This document shows, piece after piece, positions 10,661 through 20,426 of a DNA stretch of 60,545 bases. A program made the translations under genes and the position numbers. This stretch comes from Erysipelotrichaceae bacterium (lineage in GTDB: Bacteria > Bacillota_I > Bacilli_A > Erysipelotrichales > Erysipelotrichaceae). The notes below the pieces were generated by a model that had not been told where the DNA came from, searched no databases, and saw only the letters and a program-made list of their open reading frames with translations. The stretch is taken from assembly GCA_045599505.1 (NCBI GenBank), contig JAZRWC010000067.1:1-60545 (forward strand), read 5' to 3'. Every line of letters begins with the position of its first letter. Position 1 is the first letter of the stretch.

Positions 10661-11245
10661 ATGGGTATTTTTGATAAGTTAAGTAGTAATATCGCTAAGG
10701 GTATTGGTAATGCTGTAAGTAAGGCTGCTGAAAACGTAATCGCACCAGCTGCTGAAAAATTAGGAAATAAGATCGCTGAGAAAATAAATGAAGCAACTGA
10801 AAGTTTAGAAGAAAACAAGAACGAAACAAATACTGAAAACTCTGAAGCTAAATCAGGTTTACAGCAAGCTATGGAAAGACTTGAAAAAGCAGCTAATAGC
10901 TATGCTGAAAAATTAGAAAGCCTAGGCATTGATGTAGAAAACGATGATCAAAAAGCTGAGTTTGTAGCAGTACTTTCTTTCTTCCCAAAATGGACAGCTA
11001 CTCCTATTAAGGATGTTGATGGTGAGGAAACTGATGAATATGTCGTATCTAGAATCTCAATTGAGGCAACTGAGAAACAGGTTGAAGAATATAAGGAACT
11101 ACTAGTACAGAATGGTTTCAGTAATCCTGGCCAGATTCAAAAGAAGATCGTTGGTGACAAGGAATTCTGGGTAGACTTCACATTCTCACTAGATGGTGAA
11201 ATCGGATATTGTATCTACAAAACACTACAAAACGAAAATTGGTAA
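10661..11245 (+). CDS. hypothetical protein
   Basis: An AAGGGAGG RBS sits 7 nt before the ATG at 10661 (MGIFDKLSS...). No recognisable family. Confidence 0.5.
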   Translation: MGIFDKLSSNIAKGIGNAVSKAAENVIAPAAEKLGNKIAEKINEATESLEENKNETNTENSEAKSGLQQAMERLEKAANSYAEKLESLGIDVENDDQKAEFVAVLSFFPKWTATPIKDVDGEETDEYVVSRISIEATEKQVEEYKELLVQNGFSNPGQIQKKIVGDKEFWVDFTFSLDGEIGYCIYKTLQNENW

Positions 11246-11252
11246 AATTAAA

Positions 11253-11296
11253 AGGAGACTATCGTGAAATATCTTACGATAGCCTCTTTTATTTTC
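11253..11296. terminator. bidirectional intrinsic terminator
   Basis: A stem of about 12 bp (AGGAGACTATCGT/ACGATAGCCTCTT) flanked by A- and T-runs, between convergent genes. Confidence 0.7.
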
Positions 11297-11302
11297 TATT
11301 AA

Positions 11303-13225
11303 TTACTTAATATTGAAAGCAGCATCTAATCCAGCTTCTGTAGCGTTATTAGCCTTACCTGGCTTTAATGCATCACCGATAACTGTATATTCAACACCTA
11401 ACTGCTTACAAACTTCTTCTAATGGGTTATAAGCCTTAACACCTAATGAAACAACGATTGTATCAAATCCAGATAATACCTTATCACCATTGTATACAAC
11501 GCCATCACTAGTGAACTTGTCAACCTTAGCGTTAACAACCTTCTGAACACCCCATTGAGCGAGTCTCTGTACTAACCAGAAATGTGGAGCAGCTTCTTCA
11601 TCTAAAGCGATATCTTCTCTCATTTCTAATACGGTAACCTTCTTACCATGTTCACCTAAGTAATCAGCAGTTTCAACACCAGTTACACCACCACCAACTA
11701 CTAATACATTGTTGCCTGGGAATACTTTATTGTCTAAAACATCAACTGCAGTAACAACGTTTTCATTTGTGATACCTTCAATTGGAGGTAATGATGGAAC
11801 ACCACCAGTAGCTAAGATAACATAATCATATCCACCATCTTCGATGAACTGCTTAGTTACTTCAGTATTTAATAAGTATTCTACACCATACTTCTTACCC
11901 ATTGTGTGGTAGTATCTGATAGCTGTAACGATATCTGACTTTGTTGGAGGTACTGCTGCTAATCTGAACTGACCACCGATCTTGCCAGTCTTTTCGACAA
12001 CTGTTACTTTGTGTCCTAATCTAGCAGCGTTATAACCAGCTACTAAACCAGCAGGGCCAGCACCAACTACTAATACGTTTCTCTTGTTTTCAACTTCGTT
12101 ATATAAGTACTTACCTTCACCACCAGTTACAGGGTTAACTAAGCATCTAACATAACCAGCTGTATTTAAGTAACCTAAACATGACTGGTTACATGCAATA
12201 CATGGAGCAATTTCATTTACTCTTCCTTCTAATACCTTATTTGGTAATTCAGGATCAGCTAATGACTGTCTACCTAAAGCTACGAAGTCAGCTCTATTAG
12301 CCTTTAAGATATCTTCCATTACATGAACATTGTTTAAACGTCCAACGCAGATTACTGGAATACTAACACTCTTTTTGATCTGTTCTGTTGCGAATTCATT
12401 GAAACCTGCAGGCATAGCGGCTGCAGCTGACATATAAGGAGTTGAAGCATAAGTCATGATTGAAACTGATAAGACGTCAACACCACATTCTTCAGCCATT
12501 CTAGCTACTGCTAAAGATTCTTCTAATGTTCTACCACCATTAACCTTTTCATCATGTGAGAATCTGAAAGATAATGGATAGTCTTCACCACAATATTCTC
12601 TGATCTTCTTGAATACTTCTCTAGGGAATTTCATTCTTGAATCGAAATCTCCACCCCATTCATCAACTCTCTTATTTGAGTGCTGTGACATGAACTGGGC
12701 AACGATATAACCATGTGCACCATGAACTTCAACGCCATCGAAACCAGCGTTCTTAGCTCTTAAAGCAGCCTTACCAAAATCTTCAACTAACTGCCATACT
12801 TCATCGCTTGTTAATTCATGTACTGGTACATTTAAAGCTGGACAAGGTATAGAAGAAACGCCTACTGGCATCATATTAAAGATATAAGGATTAGCTGTCT
12901 GTCTGCCTGCATGATGTAACTGAACGAAAATCTTAGAACCAGCTGCATGAACTGAATCTGCTAATCTCTTCATTCCTGCTACCTGTGAATCATCCCATAA
13001 ACCAATTTCATTTAAAATTGCCTTACCTGTAGGCTGAACTGCACATACTTCAGTATAGATTAAACCATACCCACCTTTTGCTCTAGCAGTATAATAGTCA
13101 ACTAACTGATCAGTAACTTCACCAGCATATGTACCATAGTTTGTTCCCATTGGTGGTACAACAAAACGGTTTTTAATTTCTAAATTACCGATTTTAGCTG
13201 GAGTTAATAATTTTTCAATAGCCAT
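11303..13225 (-). CDS. NADH:flavin oxidoreductase (Old Yellow Enzyme domain + 4Fe-4S + FAD/NAD(P) domain; 2-enoate / 2,4-dienoyl-CoA reductase family)
   Basis: An OYE TIM barrel at the N-terminus, the Cys motif CIACNQSCLGY...RC, and GAGPAG and GGGVTG dinucleotide folds. Confidence 0.85.
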   Translation of the reverse strand: MAIEKLLTPAKIGNLEIKNRFVVPPMGTNYGTYAGEVTDQLVDYYTARAKGGYGLIYTEVCAVQPTGKAILNEIGLWDDSQVAGMKRLADSVHAAGSKIFVQLHHAGRQTANPYIFNMMPVGVSSIPCPALNVPVHELTSDEVWQLVEDFGKAALRAKNAGFDGVEVHGAHGYIVAQFMSQHSNKRVDEWGGDFDSRMKFPREVFKKIREYCGEDYPLSFRFSHDEKVNGGRTLEESLAVARMAEECGVDVLSVSIMTYASTPYMSAAAAMPAGFNEFATEQIKKSVSIPVICVGRLNNVHVMEDILKANRADFVALGRQSLADPELPNKVLEGRVNEIAPCIACNQSCLGYLNTAGYVRCLVNPVTGGEGKYLYNEVENKRNVLVVGAGPAGLVAGYNAARLGHKVTVVEKTGKIGGQFRLAAVPPTKSDIVTAIRYYHTMGKKYGVEYLLNTEVTKQFIEDGGYDYVILATGGVPSLPPIEGITNENVVTAVDVLDNKVFPGNNVLVVGGGVTGVETADYLGEHGKKVTVLEMREDIALDEEAAPHFWLVQRLAQWGVQKVVNAKVDKFTSDGVVYNGDKVLSGFDTIVVSLGVKAYNPLEEVCKQLGVEYTVIGDALKPGKANNATEAGLDAAFNIK

Positions 13226-13302
13226 AATTTTTCTCTCCTTTGTAATATTAGATTATATCCTCATTATAAAAATATATTCGATGTACTTCCATCAAAATAC
13301 CC

Positions 13303-13330
13303 AAAAATAAAACCGTTAATAAATAACGGC
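13303..13330 (-). terminator. intrinsic terminator
   Basis: CCGTTA/TAACGG stem followed by a U-run on the minus strand, directly after the stop at 13332. Confidence 0.5.
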
Positions 13331-13331
13331 T

Positions 13332-13988
13332 TTACACTTCTCTTTTACTTCTATTAATTCCAATTAACAATACACTTATCGCTGAAATTGATAGAGAGAT
13401 AAGTGTTGTCCTATCAATTTTCACTGCTATTCCATAAAAGACTATCATAAATAAACAAATTGCGACGATAAAGCAGAATTTACTGCTAGCGCTCATTTTA
13501 GTAGTTTCACTTTTTTTAGCGATTTCTTCAAATTTACTACTAGTAACAACTATAGCTAATACTAACGCAAATAAAGATATTCCTACTCCTGCTCCAGCGA
13601 TAAACTGTAATACTGGTGACCTCAATTCTAAACCTGTAACGATCGCTGATACTAATAAACCTGTAAAACTAACAATACATACTACATTTACTTTTTTTCT
13701 AAAGGATTCCTTTGCTGCTGTAGTGTAATCAGCAACTAACAAAGCTGTTTCTTTAACATTTGGTTCCATTATCTTTTCTTTTACTTCGCCAGCCAATATA
13801 TCTTTAAGCTCCACACCATAGAACTCGGCAAGTTCAATAAGAATAGAAATATCTGGCAAGTTATTGCCTGTTTCCCAACGTGACACTGTCCTATTAGTTG
13901 TATTTAGCTTTTGAGCTAGTTGCTCTTGAGTAAAACCCTTTTCCTTTCTTAGAGTTCTTAATGTTTCGCCAATTCTTTCCTGATTCAT
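13332..13988 (-). CDS. XRE-family HTH transcriptional regulator with C-terminal transmembrane domain
   Basis: N-terminal LRKEKGFTQEQLAQKLNTTNRTVSRWETG, followed by 3-4 hydrophobic helices. Confidence 0.8.
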   Translation of the reverse strand: MNQERIGETLRTLRKEKGFTQEQLAQKLNTTNRTVSRWETGNNLPDISILIELAEFYGVELKDILAGEVKEKIMEPNVKETALLVADYTTAAKESFRKKVNVVCIVSFTGLLVSAIVTGLELRSPVLQFIAGAGVGISLFALVLAIVVTSSKFEEIAKKSETTKMSASSKFCFIVAICLFMIVFYGIAVKIDRTTLISLSISAISVLLIGINRSKREV

Positions 13989-14127
13989 ATTACTGGCCTC
14001 CTTTCGCTAACATTATTAACGAAAACTAGTATCAATTTAACGACACAAAGCGAGAATTTGATAAATAGACATGCTTTGTCTATTGTTTTCCCCTTATTTT
14101 CTTTAAATATAATACAGTATTACTTAT

Positions 14128-14164
14128 AAAAAAAGCTCACTAATGTGATAAACATTAATGAGCT
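14128..14164 (-). terminator. intrinsic terminator
   Basis: 12-bp stem AGCTCA(C)TAATG/CATTA(A)TGAGCT followed by a U-run on the minus strand. Confidence 0.6.
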
Positions 14165-14189
14165 ATTGTTCAACAAATTATATTATCTA

Positions 14190-14708
14190 TTACTTAACAA
14201 AAGTTACACTCTTTTCAAAGTCATAGCTATGAGGTTCTTTTGTTACAGTAGGGTATCCAACAGCAACCGCAATCTTGAATGAGCTGTTTTCTGGAACGCC
14301 TAACTTTTCATTATAGTAAGCCATCTTTTCAGAATGTAAAACACCATCGACACAACCTAATACGACGCTTCCTAATCCTAAAGAAGCTGCTGCTAAATGA
14401 ACGTTTTGACAAGCGATACCAGCGTCAACACCAGTCCACTTAAAGTTATCATCACCTGAGATGAATAATACTACAGAAGCCTTATAATACCAGCTTGCCT
14501 TAGCGTTTGGATTTAAGTCATTCTGAATTTCATCTAATAATGGATTGCCATTACATACAACTGAAACATGTAGTTCCTGTTCGTTTCTAGCAGTTGGAGC
14601 TTTTAAAGCCGCTTCAACTAAAGTCTTAACTGTTGCTTCATCAAGAGCTCTATCTTCGTAACCACGAATTGAGCTGCGAGTGCTAATTACTTCTAATACA
14701 TTTGCCAT
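14190..14708 (-). CDS. nitroreductase family protein
   Basis: STRSSIRGY...APTARNEQ, the nitroreductase signature. Confidence 0.8.
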   Translation of the reverse strand: MANVLEVISTRSSIRGYEDRALDEATVKTLVEAALKAPTARNEQELHVSVVCNGNPLLDEIQNDLNPNAKASWYYKASVVLFISGDDNFKWTGVDAGIACQNVHLAAASLGLGSVVLGCVDGVLHSEKMAYYNEKLGVPENSSFKIAVAVGYPTVTKEPHSYDFEKSVTFVK

Positions 14709-14790
14709 TTTATTTATTTCCTTTCATTTTATACAATGTTATTTTATCACTAAACAAACTCTTTTTCTTAATTATCGCCTATTATCCATA

Positions 14791-14814
14791 AGAAAAGGGA
14801 CACTTAAGTCCCTT
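14791..14814 (-). terminator. intrinsic terminator of the ftsEX-M23 operon
   Basis: AAGGGAC/GTCCCTT stem followed by UUUUC on the minus strand. Confidence 0.65.
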
Positions 14815-14822
14815 AGATCTCA

Positions 14823-16253
14823 TTAATAACCTACATAGTAGTAGTTAGGATAATAGAATCCATAGATTTCAGATGGATTTACAACACAAGGTGCTCTCCA
14901 GCCTCTATTTGCACAAGCTGCAGAAATATTGCTTGGTAGGCCAAATGTATTGTCATATCTCATGAACATTGATAGGATGTCTGGAACAGATATCTCATCA
15001 TCATTACCTAAATAATGAATCGCTAAATGTAGATGAGCTCCAGATGAGTTACCTGAATTACCTGTTGTACCAATCAACTGACCTTGTAAGATAGGTTCAC
15101 CAATGCCAACATTAATTGAAGATAAATGGTCACACTGGAAGAAATAATACTTACCATTGATGTTACTTAAGTAGAAGACGAAGTTACCTCTACCCCAGTT
15201 ACATGTATTACCCATATAACCACCATTTGCTGAACAACCTCTACCAACATCGACAACAACACCACTAGCTACGGCATATAAATTTGTACCTACGCTAACT
15301 GCTAAGTCGATAGCTGGATGATATCCGCCACCAGCATAATAGTATGCTCCAGTAGAAACAAAGAAATTTGTATTTCTAAAGAAGTGACCGAAACCTGCAG
15401 AAGGTTCAATTCTATTTAATGCTCTATTGATTTCCTCAATATTTGCCTGTAATACGCTATAGTCTTTTTCTAAAGCAGCCATCTGTTCATAGAATGCAGC
15501 CTCCTGGCGTTGGAATTCTTCCATTAACTCTTGAGCATATTCAACTAGATTTTCTAAACCTGTCTTTTTAGTTTCTAACTCTGTCTGCTGGACAAATAGT
15601 AAATCCTTCTGCTCTTGAAGTTCCTCAACATCAGCCTGAAGTAATTCACGCTCATGTTCCATCTCATCAATCTTGCCTAAATCATAGCCAGTGATTTCAT
15701 TGATTGCGCTAATTCTACGCAATAAATCCACAAAGCTATCAGCTCCCATAATGAAACGGATATAGCTGTTTGTTCTAACATTTAACTGATTAGCAGCCAT
15801 TCTATCCTTGATTTGGGTATTTAGTTGATCAATTTTCTCTTCTCTTTCCTGAATCTGAAGGTTTAAGGCTTCAATATTTTCGCCAATTAGTACGATAGAT
15901 GCGTTGATCGCGTCAATCTGCTTTTCTAATATCATGATCTGGCTATTATATTCCGCAATCTTCTGACCTTGAGCGAAGATGTTATTCTTCATCTCATTTA
16001 GGTTAGCTTTTGCGTCATCTAACATTGCTTTTAAATCTTTCTGCTTACGCTCTTCATAGTTTCTAAACTCTCTACATGTAGTTTTTTCATCATCTGAAAG
16101 CTTTGATTTTGTAGAGCATAATTGGCAATAATAGTCATAATTATCCTCAAAATCAGCATCATCTGCTAATAATACAGAATCACTTGGAGTAAAGCTAGTG
16201 AAAGCTACGACAAGTAAAGCGGCTACTAAAAATAATTTTAGGAACCTTCTCAT
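14823..16253 (-). CDS. secreted coiled-coil M23 (LytM) peptidase, PcsB/EnvC-like partner of FtsEX
   Basis: Signal peptide, a long heptad-rich coiled coil, and a C-terminal M23 domain (HPAIDLA...GNSSGAHLHLAI). The ATG at 16253 overlaps the ftsX TGA as ATGA. Confidence 0.8.
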   Translation of the reverse strand: MRRFLKLFLVAALLVVAFTSFTPSDSVLLADDADFEDNYDYYCQLCSTKSKLSDDEKTTCREFRNYEERKQKDLKAMLDDAKANLNEMKNNIFAQGQKIAEYNSQIMILEKQIDAINASIVLIGENIEALNLQIQEREEKIDQLNTQIKDRMAANQLNVRTNSYIRFIMGADSFVDLLRRISAINEITGYDLGKIDEMEHERELLQADVEELQEQKDLLFVQQTELETKKTGLENLVEYAQELMEEFQRQEAAFYEQMAALEKDYSVLQANIEEINRALNRIEPSAGFGHFFRNTNFFVSTGAYYYAGGGYHPAIDLAVSVGTNLYAVASGVVVDVGRGCSANGGYMGNTCNWGRGNFVFYLSNINGKYYFFQCDHLSSINVGIGEPILQGQLIGTTGNSGNSSGAHLHLAIHYLGNDDEISVPDILSMFMRYDNTFGLPSNISAACANRGWRAPCVVNPSEIYGFYYPNYYYVGY

Positions 16254-17146
16254 CGTTTCCACCTCAAATACTTGCTGGCTGCCATAAATGAACCAATCCA
16301 GCCAACTATTACACCCATAGCCACAATAATAGCTGATACATATAATGTGAATGGGAATACGTCAATTAACTTTAGGATACCAGATACTAGTTGGCCATCC
16401 ATTGTTTCATATAAATACTTGTAACCAAAGATTGTTAAGCATACTGGGATGATAGATCCTAGAATACCGATAAATATACCTTCTAAAACTAAAGGAACAC
16501 GGATATAGCTATTAGTTGCACCAACTAAACGCATAATACCGATTTCATCTTTTCTAGATTGAATAGTCAACTTGATAGTATTGTAGATTAAGAATACCGC
16601 AAGGAAAGTAAGTGCTGCTACAAGCACAAATCCTACCTCTCTTACACCATTTAATAAGATGATGAAATCTTCAATACTAGCTCCACCAAAGTCAACCTCA
16701 GCTATACCATCAATTGTCTCGATCTGTTCAGATACACTTGAAATAGTATAACCTTGAGTTACTGTAACAATAAATGCTGGCGAAAGAGGATTATCATCTC
16801 GATAAATCTCAAAGATTTTACCTGCCTCACCATACTTATCAATAAATAATGATAATTCATTATCTGGATTTGAATATTCAACTTCGCTTACTCCCGCAAT
16901 ACGCTTTACCTTAGCTTGTAAATTAGGAATAGCTGATTCATCTAAGTCCTTATCAATCTTAACTAAGATTTGGATTTCTTCTTCTACATCATAAGTAATC
17001 TGAGAAACGTTAAATACTAATAAAGATAAAACGCTGACGATTACTAAAGTGATTGTGATGGCATTAGCTGTTGAAGTAACCATTGCGAAATGGTGAGTAA
17101 TACCCCACCAAGCTTCCTTAAAGGATCTACCAATTCTTCTAAACAT
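16250..17146 (-). CDS. ftsX: cell-division ABC transporter permease FtsX
   Basis: FtsX topology (TM, large extracellular loop, three TM segments). An AGGAGG RBS precedes the ATG at 17146. Located downstream of ftsE. Confidence 0.85.
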   Translation of the reverse strand: MFRRIGRSFKEAWWGITHHFAMVTSTANAITITLVIVSVLSLLVFNVSQITYDVEEEIQILVKIDKDLDESAIPNLQAKVKRIAGVSEVEYSNPDNELSLFIDKYGEAGKIFEIYRDDNPLSPAFIVTVTQGYTISSVSEQIETIDGIAEVDFGGASIEDFIILLNGVREVGFVLVAALTFLAVFLIYNTIKLTIQSRKDEIGIMRLVGATNSYIRVPLVLEGIFIGILGSIIPVCLTIFGYKYLYETMDGQLVSGILKLIDVFPFTLYVSAIIVAMGVIVGWIGSFMAASKYLRWKR

Positions 17147-17822
17147 GGTAATAACCTCCTTCTGGATTATCACTAACAACTACACCCTTATCTAAAGCGA
17201 TAGTTCTCTTTTTAAAGCTATCAACTAATACATCATCATGAGTAACTACGATTACAGTAGTACCTTCCTTATTGATTTTATCTAATAAGTTGATAATTTC
17301 TTGTGAGTGTCTAGGGTCAAGGTTACCAGTAGGTTCGTCACAAATTAATAATGCTGGATTATTGGCGATAGCTCTACCAATAACAACTCTCTGCTGCTGT
17401 CCACCTGATAATTGAGTAGGATAGTTATTGAATTCCTTTGATAAGTCAATAATCTCTAAAACTTCCTTAACTCTGGCATTTACTTCCTTTTTAGGCTTAT
17501 TAATAACCTCTAAAGCAAAGGCAATATTACCAGCGACAGTCTTCTTATCTAATAACTGATAATCCTGGAATACGACACCTATCTTACGACGATATAAAGG
17601 CACCTTTGAAAAGCGTAGTCTTCCTACATTTGTGCCATTTACCATTACAGTTCCTTTTGTTGGTACTTCTTCGCCATCTAAAAGTCTGATTAAAGTACTC
17701 TTACCTGAACCAGTCTCACCGATAACATAGACGAATTCGCCATCATTAATATCTAAAGATACGTTACTTAACGCATTAGTTCCATTTTTATATGTTTTGC
17801 TTACATTCTCAAGGTGTATCAT
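17139..17822 (-). CDS. ftsE: cell-division ATP-binding protein FtsE
   Basis: Walker A GETGSGKST, LSGGQQQR, Walker B LLICDEPTGNLD. An AAGGAGG RBS precedes the ATG at 17822. Confidence 0.9.
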   Translation of the reverse strand: MIHLENVSKTYKNGTNALSNVSLDINDGEFVYVIGETGSGKSTLIRLLDGEEVPTKGTVMVNGTNVGRLRFSKVPLYRRKIGVVFQDYQLLDKKTVAGNIAFALEVINKPKKEVNARVKEVLEIIDLSKEFNNYPTQLSGGQQQRVVIGRAIANNPALLICDEPTGNLDPRHSQEIINLLDKINKEGTTVIVVTHDDVLVDSFKKRTIALDKGVVVSDNPEGGYYHV

Positions 17823-17947
17823 ATAGATCCTCCTTAACATATTTACTATATCATACTTTTAACGCATAAGATATGAAAAAATCACCCACTATTCAGCAAG
17901 TCGAATGACTTTTTTGTGAACACGAGTGAGTGATTTTACTTTATTTT

Positions 17948-19864
17948 TTACCAGCTACCACCTGATGAACCACCGAATCCACCACCTGAAGAGAAGCTAG
18001 AAGAACCACCAGAAGATGAAGATCCTCCAGAACTTGAAGTCTCAGGCATAGATACTAGTGAATGCTGTAATGTAGCCATATGAGATGTTAATGAGTGCAT
18101 CATATAATATCTGTTATAATATGGATCATCATCAGGATATCTATTAGCAGTGCGATACCAATCACACTCTTCAGTCTTGATATTCTTGAAATGCTCATTC
18201 CATAAATCAGTTAAACCTAAAGCATAAGCGAACGGTAAGATATCATAGAAGTAGTATGGGTTATCATCAGTCAATTGCTTTAATCTTGTTGCATCACCTG
18301 CTACGATGAAATCTCTTAAGCCTAAAACTTTTCCTAACATTTCATTGCCGTAAGTAGTTCTCTTACGCATTACTGCCGCTAGTGATAATACTACTATTTC
18401 AAATAAGCTGATTGTGATAGGGTGAATAATCTTTACTTCAGAATTGAAAGATACCACAAACATTATCACAAAAGCGATTAATGCGAAAACAAACGCTAAA
18501 ACTAAATATAATAGTTTCTTGCCTCTTCTCATTACATATATCTCTTTAACAAAGTTAGCTAAGATAAATGCACATCCAATTAATAACATAGCTTGAATAC
18601 TACCAATTAATATTGAAATACCAATACTGTAGTTGTAGTAATAGCTAACTATCATTGAATAGAAACATACTGGAACAAACGCTAAGAAACAACATACATT
18701 CTGCACTGTTATACTCTTTTCAGTGGATAGTCTAGTTAAAGTTGTTTTATAGTAAGCAGATAATTCTCTTGATGCTTTATTAAATGTAGTATAGAAACTT
18801 TCTTTTAAAGAAGACATTCTTCTTTCCTTACGATCATTTCTGAACAAGCCATCAAATAAAGTCTTCTCATATAGTCTAGCTGTGCTATCTAGATCATTAA
18901 TCTTTCTTAAAACTAAATCATCCTTTTCTTCTTCAATTTCAATATAACCTCTTCTACCCCAGTCTAAGATTAAAGAAGTTAAGTCTCTATCATCAACTGT
19001 TTCATTGATGATTACACCAACTTCAGCAGAGGTTACATTAGCTGGAAGATGATATTCATTCTCTTTTGTTACTGGATCATCCTTACCAAAGATTAAGAAT
19101 AATACACCAACGATTAAACTAAAGATAAATCCAATCATTACACCTGTAATTGCAGGGATATTATTATCTGGGAAGACAAAATAGTTTTCTGGTAATACTA
19201 CCTGGATTGATAAGCCTTGATTGTATTTGATTACATCGTGATATGAACCGATAATCTTATTACCTTCAACTTTTACTTCTAAGCCATTTTCACTACCAGC
19301 TCCATACATCATTCCACCAGGATAGCTAACTGCTATCTTACTAATATCAAAGTTCTTTGGCATTGTGATAGTGAAGTCGCATGAATCAGTATCAGTATCC
19401 CACCCATTAGTGATGATATTTAAGAATACCATCTGTAATCCTTCTAAATCTAAATCTCTTGTATGAATTACATAGCTCCACTTATATGTTTCATATTCCT
19501 TAGCGAAGTAATCAGCTGAACCAATCTTTATTTGTTTTGCGTAATCATTTGATTCTGTAGAATATGAATGATCAGAAAGAACTGTTAAATCTGATACAGG
19601 GAAATAATAATTCTTAATTAAATATGAGTCGTTCATTTCCCATTTCATCTTATAGTTTGTAGGAATATTAACGTAGATACCATGTCTTTGTGCAGTAAAA
19701 TGTACAGACATAGTCTCTTCAACTTGGATGCTACCATCTTCATTTACCACAACATCAACGTTATGGCTTCTGATATCAAAAGCCTCCTTAGCGCTAATAT
19801 CAATTGGCCTAATAAGGCCGACGCACACTAATAAAGCTAAAGCTAAAATCCAAAACTTTTTCAT
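17948..19864 (-). CDS. DUF2207 domain-containing membrane protein
   Basis: Signal peptide, an extracellular N-terminal domain, several TM segments, and the characteristic Gly/Ser-rich tail SSSGGSSSSGGSSSFSSGGGFGGSSGGSW. Confidence 0.6.
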   Translation of the reverse strand: MKKFWILALALLVCVGLIRPIDISAKEAFDIRSHNVDVVVNEDGSIQVEETMSVHFTAQRHGIYVNIPTNYKMKWEMNDSYLIKNYYFPVSDLTVLSDHSYSTESNDYAKQIKIGSADYFAKEYETYKWSYVIHTRDLDLEGLQMVFLNIITNGWDTDTDSCDFTITMPKNFDISKIAVSYPGGMMYGAGSENGLEVKVEGNKIIGSYHDVIKYNQGLSIQVVLPENYFVFPDNNIPAITGVMIGFIFSLIVGVLFLIFGKDDPVTKENEYHLPANVTSAEVGVIINETVDDRDLTSLILDWGRRGYIEIEEEKDDLVLRKINDLDSTARLYEKTLFDGLFRNDRKERRMSSLKESFYTTFNKASRELSAYYKTTLTRLSTEKSITVQNVCCFLAFVPVCFYSMIVSYYYNYSIGISILIGSIQAMLLIGCAFILANFVKEIYVMRRGKKLLYLVLAFVFALIAFVIMFVVSFNSEVKIIHPITISLFEIVVLSLAAVMRKRTTYGNEMLGKVLGLRDFIVAGDATRLKQLTDDNPYYFYDILPFAYALGLTDLWNEHFKNIKTEECDWYRTANRYPDDDPYYNRYYMMHSLTSHMATLQHSLVSMPETSSSGGSSSSGGSSSFSSGGGFGGSSGGSW

Positions 19865-19881
19865 TTATAAGCTACCTCCTA

Positions 19882-20424
19882 CTAAAACTCTTTACCAACA
19901 AGATCTTTAATCTGACCTGTAAATTCATGCTTAATTCCATTAATGTTTAAGAAATCCATTGGATGACATAATGTCTCCTTTTTATCTAGATGGATTTCTC
20001 CACTTTCATTTAATATTTCAGCTACAAATTGTGAACAGAAATATCTATGATCTCTTTTCTTATCTATCCCTACTCTTGCATATACTAAACCTAATGCTGA
20101 ATACTTATATTCCTTATCATCGCTAAACATTGTATCAATTTTCTTTTGCATCCTATCAATAGCTTCATCGCTTACCTCTAAAGAATATACTCCTACAGGA
20201 ATCTCCTCATTAAGTTTGTAGAATCCTTCATCTAAAGGCTCCTTTTTTAATCCAGCAGGCAACATAAATCTGGCGTAGTATCTGCCGAAAGAATACATTG
20301 GCTGTAAGGTATTAGAAAAACTAATAGAAGAGTGAGTGTATTCGACAGGCTCATCCCCTAGTTTGTCTATAGCTTTTGATACGATTGAATTTGATTTAGT
20401 TAAGATAATATAGACTTTTTTCAT
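19882..20424 (-). CDS. hypothetical protein, possibly a permuted papain-like (YiiX/C92, NlpC/P60-related) hydrolase
   Basis: A His-containing YTHSSISF motif precedes a Cys-containing RYFCSQFVAEIL motif, the order seen in permuted papain-fold enzymes. Confidence 0.35.
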   Translation of the reverse strand: MKKVYIILTKSNSIVSKAIDKLGDEPVEYTHSSISFSNTLQPMYSFGRYYARFMLPAGLKKEPLDEGFYKLNEEIPVGVYSLEVSDEAIDRMQKKIDTMFSDDKEYKYSALGLVYARVGIDKKRDHRYFCSQFVAEILNESGEIHLDKKETLCHPMDFLNINGIKHEFTGQIKDLVGKEF

Positions 20425-20426
20425 GT

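Noticed and set aside
17841-17947. A long-loop inverted repeat, ATCACCCACT...AGTGAGTGAT, between the DUF2207 gene and ftsE, as a possible regulatory RNA.
   Set aside because: The loop is about 34 nt and the stem is imperfect. It is most simply a weak terminator or promoter-region structure. I could not recognise any known motif.
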